Assembly (NCBI GenBank): GCA_977030845.1
Contig: OZ365111.1
Location: 15,562,001-15,626,000, forward strand
Length of the DNA stretch: 64,000 nucleotides
Direction of reading: 5' to 3'
Source: Fimbriosthenelais zetlandica
Lineage: Eukaryota
Of the stretch, positions 53,331 through 64,000 are shown piece after piece; the stretch's first letter is position 1; every line of letters begins with the position of its first letter. Under the pieces are notes generated by a model that saw only the letters and a program-made list of their open reading frames with translations, did no database searches and was not told where the DNA came from. Both the position numbers and the translations under genes were made by a program.

Positions 53331-56300
53331 TTAGGAAGAAATACCAAGGAGTTGAGAGCAGTTATGGTACAGTGTGTTGTTAGGATCTAAAGTATTAATA
53401 ACACCGCTGCTTATTGTCTCGTTGGCCCAGTCTGGGAAGGTATGAAGCTTGAAGTACGCATACCCCCATGTATTTATACTGATGGTTAGAATCACTATAC
53501 AGACTATGTTCATCACAATGCCAGCTTTGACCTGCAAAGAGAATTACGAGAATATTAAATGTTGTCAGATATCTATGCAATCGTAGATTGTATTCTCTTA
53601 TCAGGGGCAGATCCAGTGGGGAGGTCCAAGGGGCCAGAATGATTTTCTGACACTCCAATAATGAAAAGAAAATTGGGTTCGCTTATCGAAGGGCTTACTA
53701 CCCCCACCCCCTTCCAGCTGGATCCGCCCCTGATCCTATGAAATTAAACTTACCATATCTATTATCTTCATGTTTCCATATGCAAATACAATAGCATTTG
53801 GAGGGGTAGCAACGGGCAACATAAATGCAAATGATGTTGAAACCGTAACAGGAACCAATAAATACAAGGGATTCACTGATAAACTCTCAGCCTGAAATTG
53901 AGAAAAAATGTTGATTATTGTTACTTTTAAAAAGATCCTGTTAAAAACGTGAAAAATGTGAAGGTAGATCTAAAACGTGAAGTTGCACTGGTAGGCCTGT
54001 ATTCAGAACACGGCATCTCTAATATTAAAAGTTTTCTGTTCCATTAAAATGTGTGTAGATAACCATATACCATCGTGTAGACATTCAAATAAAAAAATGT
54101 CATTTCAGCGTTTTAGTCAACAGCTTCAGATTCAGGTCATACATAGACAACTATAATCTCTTTGGCTAGACTTTTCAGAATAATAAGGAATAACATAATG
54201 TTTGCTTACCAGCTCAGCCAGGATGGGTAAAAAGATAGTGGCTGTAGCCACATTGGACGTGACTTCAGTAAAAGTTGCAGTGATGGTACAGAGAAGCACT
54301 ACCAACAGCCAAGTTGGTGTATCAGAAAATACATTAAAGGCATTACCTATGGCGTCTGACAGCCCTGACACCTGTATCAAAGACGTTTAAATTTTGTTTC
54401 ATTTTACCCTTATAGAAACTTGGGTCTGTTCACATAATATATTGAATGTAATTTGCAAGGCCTTATCTCTCAGAGGCATTATAATATTATACGTGCATAG
54501 TATTCTAACTGATATTTTTTTACTGCGAAGTCCATCTCACCTTGCATGAATGGGCCAAGGCAAACCCACCCCCCAACACGAGCACCACACCCCAGGCCAT
54601 TTTCTGATGCACTGTCTCCCAGTCCAATAAAGCTGGCACAGATCCTGGCTCACTCTCATCTGAAAATAGTAATCAATGAAATATTCTGACTCAATCTTCC
54701 TTTATCTTTCTTGGATGAAGCTGATTAAATTTTTGTGTTGTTTAGTAATGCTTTAAACCTTTCTAAATACTTACCATTGGCTTTTCTAAAGCAAAATATA
54801 TTTGGTACTCGTGAAGGGAAAATGAATAAGGCAACCGATATTGTTATGGCAACACATGCATCTGTGATATATCCTCTGGTTCTGTAAAAGGGAAGGGCCC
54901 CAAAGTTTAATAACATTTACAGCTCTTTAAAAAAAATCAAAATATTTAAATCAATTCAAGCATTTCATTCCTTACTCTTCAGGAAATATTGCAGACCATC
55001 CAGGTATAAATTCGGGTTCCCTTGTCAACCACAGCAATGCCAGGAGAATGAAATGCCCCAACACCGCCAATTCTGCAAAACTGTTAATATAATTGTTTGC
55101 AGGATGCTGTTTTACTGAGGTTATAAATTATAGTGAGAATTCAAAATATATACAATTTCTGAAATTTCCATTGTACCAAGTAGAATTCCAATCTTAAATC
55201 ACTAATAGTAATAAATATTATCTGATATATAAATAATATATAGATAAAGATGCTGAACCTAAATGGACCAAGTTTGTTGTATTCGAGCCTTATCACCTGC
55301 TTCACGGTTTCTGTATTGTATTTAGTATCTTTTTTGCAGCAGTTGAACGTTTGTCTGCAAAAGTTAGAATGACATAATAACATTTGCAGAATATGTATTA
55401 ATATATATGTATACGGTAATATTATGATATATATTGTTTTGCAAAATGTTTGAGACTCGCAGCAAATGGCAAGAAGCTATGCCCCTTTCATCAGCCTAAG
55501 GTAGTGTGGACTTAATTTGTAGGATCTGCTTTTAGGCTTACTCACCTGCATCCTAGAAATAGTATTTGTAGCCAGATCCATGCAAATAACAGTGTAACGA
55601 GCATGTTCGGGAAGGAGTAGATGAACCAAGAGCTGAAGTTGATCCCTGCGCCGCCCCCATATATTCTGCAAAAAAATACATCGCATGAAAATCATTTATT
55701 ACCCAATAATATAGATGGACTGTTGGATGGATGGTTTGATTGATAAAAGATTGGTTGGATGGACGGTTAGTTGGATGGATGAATGGATGGTTAATTTTGC
55801 ATGGTTGGATGGATTGATGGTTTGAACATTGGAAGGTTGGGTGAATGGATTATGAATTTTTTAATGGTTGGATAGATGGATGGATGGATGGATGGTTTGA
55901 TGGATGATTGATTCATTTATTGTAATCTGGTTTTTCTCTGTTCATAATAAATGCTGTGTACATTACATGCAGGTAAATTTCGGGATGGGTTGACTGGAAT
56001 TTGGAGTGTATAATCAATTGTTGTAAGAGACCTTCACATAATATTTTGATTTGTCTAGGATACGAATAAGCCCATCCTCCGTCAGTGTAGGTAGCATACC
56101 TCTATCAATGAAACTGCTGTAGGGGCAAACAATGGTATCACAACCACAAGAAATAACTGGGAAGGATCAAGAATAAACAATCTTCTCAGTGGTGCTCGCT
56201 CCTTTTCAATGGTATCCAATTTATCCTTTGTATAAATTTCCTTTCACCTCTCGTAGACGAAATAACTTAGGTGGGACCAAAGGATCACAACGAACATGCT

Positions 56301-59300
56301 ATATGTGTGTTTTCTGTAGCTAGGAGTGCAAATGGAACTATTCCATCCATATACGCATAATTCTTTCAATGGTTCTGGCACTGAAGAAGAATTTGGGGTT
56401 GATCTTTCCAGCACAAATTCTAGATTCTGGATCTTCCAAATATGAAATTTTTTTGGGGGGGACAAATTACTATATAGTTGTTCGGAGTTTTCACTTTCGG
56501 AAGAATGAGCAAGAGTACCCATATTCTATAATTCCACCCCCCTCTATTCCACCTTCATTTAATCAAAATTTAATTTGGTACAAACTCACGTGTCCACCTG
56601 TCCTTTCATAACGAGATTTGGTCCTGTACCAGTTAATGTCGCTGTACCTCCTATGTTAGCAGCATAGGCCACACACAACGTGATACCTTTACACATCTCT
56701 TGAAATGCTTGATCAGCCTTGCTTTGTTCAGAGGGTGGTGAAGCTTGCACCGTGTCCACATCCCTGCAAAATGAATGCAAAGTAGTCCAATCTTGCATTT
56801 GACAAATTGTACAAATCTTCATGAGTCAAGCTTGGTTATTTCACTTACATGTCTGACATGTGCATTGTTTCCATATTAGGGTTCACTTTAGATTCCTTTT
56901 TATCCAGGGTGAGTCTCACTTGATCTGAATAATTACAATTCAAAATAAATTATAAGAATTGTTATTATTTTATTGGATAAATTGTTATTATTTTATTGGA
57001 TAAATTTGCACTCAAATTTATTTAAGTTATTTTTAATTTGATACAACTATAATATTTAATTGACCAATGCATTTATTAATGCTTTGACCGCTTTGAAACA
57101 AACATAAAATTTGATGGCGGCAGACAAAAGCATCTTTAGTCTTCCACCTATAGATATATAATGTACAGGCAAGTTGCTCTAGGGTCAAGAAAACTATTAC
57201 ATAATAACGTGATTGAGAACTATCTCTGACAATAGATAGAGATTGTGTGCTGACAATCGACAGATAGAGATTTGTGCTGTCTATGGAAAGTATAGGCCCT
57301 CTTGAAAGCTAGAACGAAATGGTGAAAAAACGATAGCTCAGACTCCATGGTAAAATAAAAGTCTATCTTTATGCAGTTGAGTGTCTATATTAAGTGGGTT
57401 GTATTGTAGCTGTGCTATGAAAGAACATGGAGGAAACAGTGGATAAAATTATGAAACAATGAAACAGTAAATGCATAGAAGCTGCAGCGAGAAATAATCT
57501 CTGGAAAAGAAACACGAGAGTTGAAATTAAGTGCATGTAACTCCTTACCAGCAGCAGGATATGATAACATCTCCGTGCTGAAAACAACCAGCAGAAGATG
57601 ACCAAAAAACTACCTGGACCACATAGTTGTAAAAACTACCTTTGGCAATTCATTAAATATACCAAATCTGTTTTATATACTGCCACAAAATTCAGGAAAG
57701 ACTGAAAAAGGTGTGTACTATTGAGACAAATATTGCTCACCAAGAATCAGCACTCTCGGCTGAGAAGCTTCGTGCATAGTTACCTGTTTATGGATTGAGG
57801 GGAAATAAATAAAAATGATAAAATGGGCTTAAAATATAATTGGAAAAAATGAATGGATTAGCAGAATACAAAATAAGGGAATTCCATAGTACTTTCATAA
57901 TAAAATAACCATGCAATAGATTAGTTTTTACTCTTATGAGACTAGAAATATGGCTATTAAAGGTTATGTTAGTTTGCCAACATATTATGCTTGGTCTACC
58001 CTTCGAGATAAATCATTTTACTGTAAGGGATAATGGTACATATTTTTATGAAACAACCCCCAGGAGCAAACGCAGCATTCTAGCGCTTAGACGTCAGTTA
58101 TAAGCCTATTTTAGTGTTCGCACCACTCCCATATAAGTATATAGGCATACATTCTCCTACACTTGTTTTCTCTGATTCAGACATTAAATTTACAGTCCTT
58201 GTCCAAGCTATTATAGTAATAAATAGTAGATATTTCATGCACCCTAATCTTAATAGCCGACTTGCACATGCCTTTATGTTACTCTCATCATCAATTTAGA
58301 CTGAGGAACTGGCATGGCGTGAAATCACTTGTCAATTCATTCATTCATTTTTCACCTGACTTGAGCTGAGAGCCGTTTCAAAAGCTGCAAAAACGTCTAT
58401 GGCTAATATTCGTTTTGTTCTGTACTGTACTGTACTGTACTGTAAGTACTGGTCACATTTTCCTTCTATGTAATAATATGTGAGACAGCCCTGGAGCGAC
58501 CAACTTCCCCACTTTTGATAAGCACCAAATGTGGTCGCATTAGGGGTGGAGCACTGTAATTATCTGTTGATATTTTTTATTAGTGACCTATATTAGCTAT
58601 TAGTAAAAAGATCTTCATGCTTCACCCGGGTGCATTAGTATAAAGGCATAGACCTGGCCCACTTTTGTCCCATGTCCTTTATGGACTTGAATTAAATATA
58701 AAATGTATATTAATTTTCTAGATTAAATGGGAGCAAATGGACCAGGTGAGAATTACCATTCAGATAGATAAGATACATTGAAAATCGGAAGAGGGGTACA
58801 AGGGAGGAGGGGGCTGCAGTCCACTATCATGTTACCTGTCCCAAGTCTGGCAGCAGGTGCTCGAGAGGTCTGTGTAGGGATACTTTCTTCAACCTCATTT
58901 GAACCCGCGACTGTTTTTGTGGTAGACATATTTATACCTTGAGACCCACTTTTCCCCGAAACACTCCCATCCGTGTGATCAAAGCCTACAATAGCCAATT
59001 AACAACTGAGGAATTTAAATATGGGATTCTTCAATATTTTTGGCATAGAAGTATATGCAATTGCAAGCCTAAACGCTGCTGCTGTTATTTAATTTCCACT
59101 TTGAATATTAATAATTATATTAAATATACTTAGAGTGAAAAACAATTCTTAGGTTAATAAAATTTTACAGTTTAAAAGAAAACAACTGATGGGTGCGTAT
59201 ATTGCCTAATACATTGTTTGTTATCAGTTGAGTCCTCTAGACAAGAGGAAGAGATTACTATGCAACATAATGGTTTATCTGACCAGTCGACTGGTGTTGT

Positions 59301-61711
59301 CGATCTAGGTATCTATAAATCTAGATACCTAGGTCGACGACGCTTCACCACTTCAAACGGGTACATGTAAACATCACTTTGTTTTCAATACAGTCAATAA
59401 CAATTGGTAAGTACTGGTATCTTTTTTTGTTAAAATTCCTCTTCTCAATTTTTATGAAGCTGCCCTGCTTTTGCAAAATACACAAATTAATGCAACAAAG
59501 CATTTCGTTGAAATATTTGCTTCAGGTACAGAACGGTAAAATACACTGAAAATAAATGTATTTAACTCTCATTGAACTCACCCTGGTTCTCTTCCCCGTC
59601 TGTAACATTATCTTGTCTATGTTTCTCCAGCTCACCAAGTACAGCCTGAGCTATGGGAACCATCATGGCTGTGGTGGCAGTGTTACTGATCCACATAGAC
59701 AGGAAGGCTGTAGTTATCATAAAGCCAAACATCAACCTGAAAATTACATTTTATAAATTAACTGATACATATTGTAAATTGCAACATTGGTTGGATTAAA
59801 TAGTCCATTTGCACAAATTGGACCAGAAACTTTGCTAATCAAGTAAGTTATGAAGTTCTGCACCCAAGCTTTGCATCCAAAGCTTGGGTGTAGGTCAATG
59901 TGAAAATCCGCTAATGTTCTGTGAAAATAGGTGAGGGGGTAATTCACTATTGTTTTCCCATTGGAGCTACATTTTGACAACACTAAATCAGTGTTCTTTG
60001 ATACATCTTGAGCAATTAAACTTTTGTTATGGGGTTTAAAAACGTTTACAAATGTATTACCATCTCGGTTCTGATCCCACAAGCAGGAGTACCCTCAAAG
60101 CTATCCGCTTGTGAAGATTCCATTTTTCTACAGCTACAGCCACGATGAGACCGCCAAAAAATAACATGTTGGTATCCTGCAAGCAAATATATCGAATTAA
60201 CATATAGCTTATAAATGAATTATATTATTTTATCCTAGTTTTTCCCCGACTAGATTTTATTACATATTATCAAATCCAGCAAAATTTCTAAGAATTTTTG
60301 AAATGTGGGCGCCAGTACATATACATTATAAACATTAGAGCATGTGTCCATGTAGATTCATGTATGTATTTGTATACATTTAATATGTTTCGCATGCACT
60401 CTATTCACAGTAAAATATGAATAAAAGTGATGGACGTTTAGCGCAAGTTCAACTGTCACAAAGCCTGCACAGCATGTACATCGTATTTTAAGTATAATAA
60501 ATCAACAGAAAATAATAGGCCATGATATTTAGATCAGGATCTTTCGGAGGGATGAATTCCCCGCCCTCCCACTTTCTAAGCACAGTACAAGAAATGCCTT
60601 TGTTATAGACAACGGATGAAAGCTCAGGGGAAATATATTCAAAAGGCCAGTTTCTTGATCTGGAGTAATATTATTTATATCGAAGCAGGTCCCAATTGAT
60701 CTTGAAATAATTGAGCGCTGTATAGAAATGATACCTTGAGGTAGTTTACAGCGACGTCCTTAGAACTGACCACCCCTAACCAAGGCATGATGACTATTGG
60801 TAAGAGGGCTGTGACGGCCATGGGGATGGCTTCTGTCATCCAATATATAGCCATGATAGCCACCCCATACGCGCAACGTCCAGCCTGCCAAATAGAAAAA
60901 TATAACAAGACATAACAGGAAGAACTTTCCTTTTCTATACTTTTCTCTGATTAATCCATTATTGTAGGCCGTAAATTTATAAAAAGTAAAAAGAATAGAT
61001 GTCTTAAGGGATGTAACAGTGAATGTTGTCAAGGTTTTTTAAAATTAAATATAATACAATGCTTAAGACTGGTTTATAATTTGTGGCGATACTGTAGATC
61101 TTTTCACACTTGGATGATCAATGTGCTGGCTATCCCAGCTACCCCTTCATTCTATGTCACCCACTACATGTTTTGTGTACACAAATGTAAGTGTGGTATT
61201 GAGAATATGCCCTATTTTTCCATCTCATGGTAAATAACAGGATTAAAATTTTACTTCCTATGTGCCATTCTGCGACCTAAAATTCATGGAAACTATTTTC
61301 ACATACTAAGCAAAGATGCTGGCCATTTCACTATTGACTGATAACCCTCAAGTCAGAAGAAAATTATTTTCTTCGAATATATTATTATCATGTGAAAGTA
61401 CTTGCAGGGGGTGCATGGGTTTCCCGGAAAAATTATGGAAGGAAACTGCAAAATTGCAGAATTTGAAAGAGAAAGGTGGAACAAGGACAAATGAGATTTT
61501 GAGTATTTACCTTGGATGGGTGAATGATTGGCAGGGGGAGGAAGACAATTGGTGTTAGAATGATGACCCATGTCCTCCACAGAGAGAATATCTGTCTTCG
61601 GACTCCCATCTTTGGTGACTGAGTTGAAGTGAGGTTGGTGACACGCCCGTTCACCCCTATATCCACCTGGTCTCCATTGTGGTGAGATTCTCCCGAGGCG
61701 TTTGATGCCAT
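53331..61711 (-). CDS. SLC13: SLC13 family Na+-coupled di/tricarboxylate transporter (Indy/NaDC-like), 676 aa
   Basis: 15 exons: 61711-61511, 60884-60735, 60176-60061, 59736-59582, 58985-58836, 57783-57741, 56763-56590, 55665-55546, 55354-55259, 55080-54976, 54875-54775, 54659-54541, 54371-54210, 53891-53754, 53531-53331; total 2031 nt. Motifs [32 protein letters not shown] (SNV as in carboxylate carriers, not SNP as in sulfate carriers), [12 protein letters not shown]. Confidence 0.94.
53602..53732. mobile_element. 131-bp MITE with 15-bp terminal inverted repeats
   Basis: CAGGGGCAGATCCAG ... CTGGATCCGCCCCTG (1 mismatch), AT on both flanks; in the last SLC13 intron. Confidence 0.8.
55713..55912. 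repeat. Degenerate (GGAT)n microsatellite
   Basis: Direct reading; SLC13 intron. Confidence 0.85.
59294..59343. other. 22-bp hairpin/palindrome with 6-nt loop
   Basis: GTGTTGTCGATCTAGGTATCTA-TAAATC-TAGATACCTAGGTCGACGACGC; all pairs are Watson-Crick or G-T on the + strand. Confidence 0.8.
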
Positions 61712-62785
61712 TCGCCACACTCGAGCGGCAAACGAGTAAAAGTTTGACTGAAAAAGTGACGATGAAATATATAATTTCATCCAATTTAATATATGGCGCT
61801 ACATATATTAAATAGCCTTCAGATCTGTTCCCATTACTCAAGTTTCGGCTATAGGGGGAACGTTAATAAAATGTTAAAGGTATACACCTTTAACATTTTA
61901 TTGATTATTGATTTCATGATTTCGCACTCTTCTATAGAGGTGGTAAATAGTCCTCACCCCCGATCCATCCCTTGGGATCAAACTCTCGTTTGTTTCTATC
62001 ATAGAATAATTATTTAATGTACAATTATAAGAAAGAGATTTGTGTGCAGAGATATGATTAAAATGCCTTACTTTCATTTTGGTTCAGATCTGTTCCTGGG
62101 TATAGAGAGGATAGCTATAACGATCCTATACTGGCTGCCAGGTGTGTATTATGTTTTGTATTTGTGTATATTTTGAGCTCAGTCACAGGAACTTCAGTTT
62201 AATAAAATCAATATAGTATACTCATACAGGTTAAGTGTGTGGGGGTGTCATACATTAGGCCTATACTCTGCTCCAGGGCGTTTACTCAGGAAAATTAAAG
62301 TTATACAGGTACACACTATAAATAGATAGGCCTACAATTATATAAAACTGATATGAATAGCCTACCATGTACATTATACATGTATGTACAGGGCTAGCTG
62401 CGTATGGATGTAATTTCCTTTCTCTTCTCTCTATTTTAGGGTGTCTAAAAGGGGGTGGGTGGGGGTGTCGTAACCCCGCAAAACCCACCCCTGGACCAGG
62501 TCTTGATATATTAGGAATACTTTATGTAGTACGTACGTCTTGTCACATATAAAATGGGCTACGTCTCAATTTATAATGGTGCGGGTATGTATACTGTCGG
62601 TCACTCTTTATTCTTTTGTAAAGCTATGATATAGAATAGATTATACCACTCCAACTCCAATTTCTGCCCGATATACGAGGCATTATTTCACGATATACCG
62701 CCCTAGGGCATTATTGTCTTCCACACATAGCCAAGAATTATCATGTGTGGTAGACATGAGCGCTAGTGTCAAAATTCACAACCAA

Positions 62786-62856
62786 CACCAAGTGACTTGA
62801 ACTCACAACCTGGAGTTTACAAGTCTGACGCTCTACCGATTAGGCCATGAAGGCTT
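62786..62856 (-). mobile_element. tRNA-derived Pol III head (SINE-like or pseudo-tRNA)
   Basis: A-box TGGCCTAATCGG, B-box GAGTTCAAGTC; anticodon and acceptor stems do not pair. Confidence 0.6.
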
Positions 62857-63199
62857 GGATGAATGGGACCCAAGACAGTAGGGCTATAATATTCCATTTG
62901 CACACCTTGACCCAGAAACTGACGAATGTATATATACACAGGCGAGAAGCGAGCGAGAAAGACAATTATTTTGTATCTAACACATGGAAAAGGGAATCAA
63001 TTTAGAATATTTCTCGACTATTCATGGTATAAAGACAATATACCGTGGTATATACAGTGCCATGGTATATCCTCTAAGTAAACATATGATTCTATAAACA
63101 AAATGTCTCTTCTCGAAATCTTCCTGGATTATTGCAGGAATCCAACTCGTAAAAAAATCCTAAAATTTAGAAATAAGTAAGAAACAAAATCAAAAAGTG

Positions 63200-63272
63200 A
63201 GAAGCTCCGGGATTCGAACTCGGTTCGCCCACATAGGGAGCAGCCATGCTACTCATTCAGCCATCGAGGCCA
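63200..63272 (-). mobile_element. Second tRNA-derived Pol III head (SINE-like)
   Basis: A-box TGGCTGAATGAG, B-box GAGTTCGAATCCC, followed by a T-run; no complete cloverleaf. Confidence 0.6.
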
Positions 63273-64000
63273 AGCTGACAATTGCTGTGTATAAACCCAT
63301 GTGATGAAAAAAAACTGTTACATGCATGCAGGTAATGACCCAAAATGAGGTCATGTTGAGGTCAAACCTTCCCACCTGATTCTAATAATAGGATCAGACT
63401 AGTGGCAGTGTGTTGAATGTATACACAGAGCTCTGGTGAAAAGTGAGCGAGAAAGAGTTATTTCGTATATAACACAAGGAAAGGGGAATCAATTTACAAC
63501 ATTTGTGAACTATTCGTGGTATAAAGAAAATACATCACGGCTATATTCCTCCCTCGTGGGTATATGGTGAAATATTGCCGTGATGTATCCTCTAAATATT
63601 TTACAGGTTGTATCAACATCTATCATAATATGCCATTATATATCTTGTCATTTATTTCCAGGTATCGCAATTAATATACCATAACCTAGCAGAAACATAT
63701 TTGTATTGAAACACACCCTTTTCGCAGTATATGACATTTAATCGTACGAATTTAAATTTTCCTGGGCCTGTTTCAAAAGAAAAATAGTGTATATAGCGCA
63801 TCTATGTTATAACACAGGTCCTTAATCTTTTGATATTTTGCCAGGAATTAAAAAAAAACTAGAATATCATCATACGTTGGGGACTTTTCCCACCAAACTC
63901 TGACTAGTACATCATTACAATGTACCAGCTGAACTCAAAGATTTCCATTGGGAACATATGTTTTGTTTCATGTGAAAAAAGAAATGATGCGAACATTCCG

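Larger units (their letters stand above)
62670..63600. mobile_element. Cluster of related repeat modules: one inverted (about 62670-62730) and two direct (about 62925-63080 and 63415-63600)
   Basis: GAGCGAGAAAGA...TAACACA.GGAAA.GGGAATCAATTTA...CTATTC.TGGTATAAAGA is shared by the direct copies. CCCT.G.GG.TATAT.GTGAAATA.TGCC is shared with the inverted copy. Confidence 0.65.

Noticed and set aside
58490-58558. Possible Tc1/mariner-type MITE end (GGTCGCATTAGGGGTGGAGCACTGTA)
   Set aside because: Only one terminus is recognisable and no matching opposite TIR was found.
59744-60082. 112-aa ORF spanning SLC13 intron 3
   Set aside because: It is in a different frame from SLC13; retention in the real frame hits TGG TAA at once; no recognisable domain.
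62786-63272. Functional tRNA genes
   Set aside because: A and B boxes are present but the acceptor and anticodon stems do not pair; treated as SINE-like remnants.

Overview
AT-rich, intron-rich animal genomic DNA (invertebrate-like, possibly spiralian; the species cannot be determined from sequence alone). I rebuilt nine spliced protein-coding genes by hand, and every complete model gives an intact frame. In order: the 3' part of a phenylalanine/tyrosine ammonia-lyase (PAL/TAL-type MIO enzyme, +), STYXL1 (-), MDH2 (+), ANKRD13 (-), GIT ArfGAP (+), TRMT2A (-), RANBP1 (+), a single-domain rhodanese (-) and an SLC13 carboxylate transporter (-). Main points of interest: (1) the ammonia-lyase has fungal/plant PAL-type motifs and a shielding-domain-like insert rather than animal histidase motifs; (2) three consecutive head-to-head pairs (STYXL1-MDH2, ANKRD13-GIT, TRMT2A-RANBP1) are, from recall, also head-to-head in human, on separate chromosomes; (3) TRMT2A has an E/K-rich coding-like minisatellite tail that is one base out of frame; (4) the rhodanese resembles a mainly bacterial subfamily; (5) there are candidate cassette exons with nearby RNA duplexes in GIT and RANBP1; (6) a 413-bp intronic tandem duplication has a templated junction; (7) the palindrome TAGGCCTA is strongly enriched near gene 5' ends. 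All family assignments come from motif recognition, not database searches.
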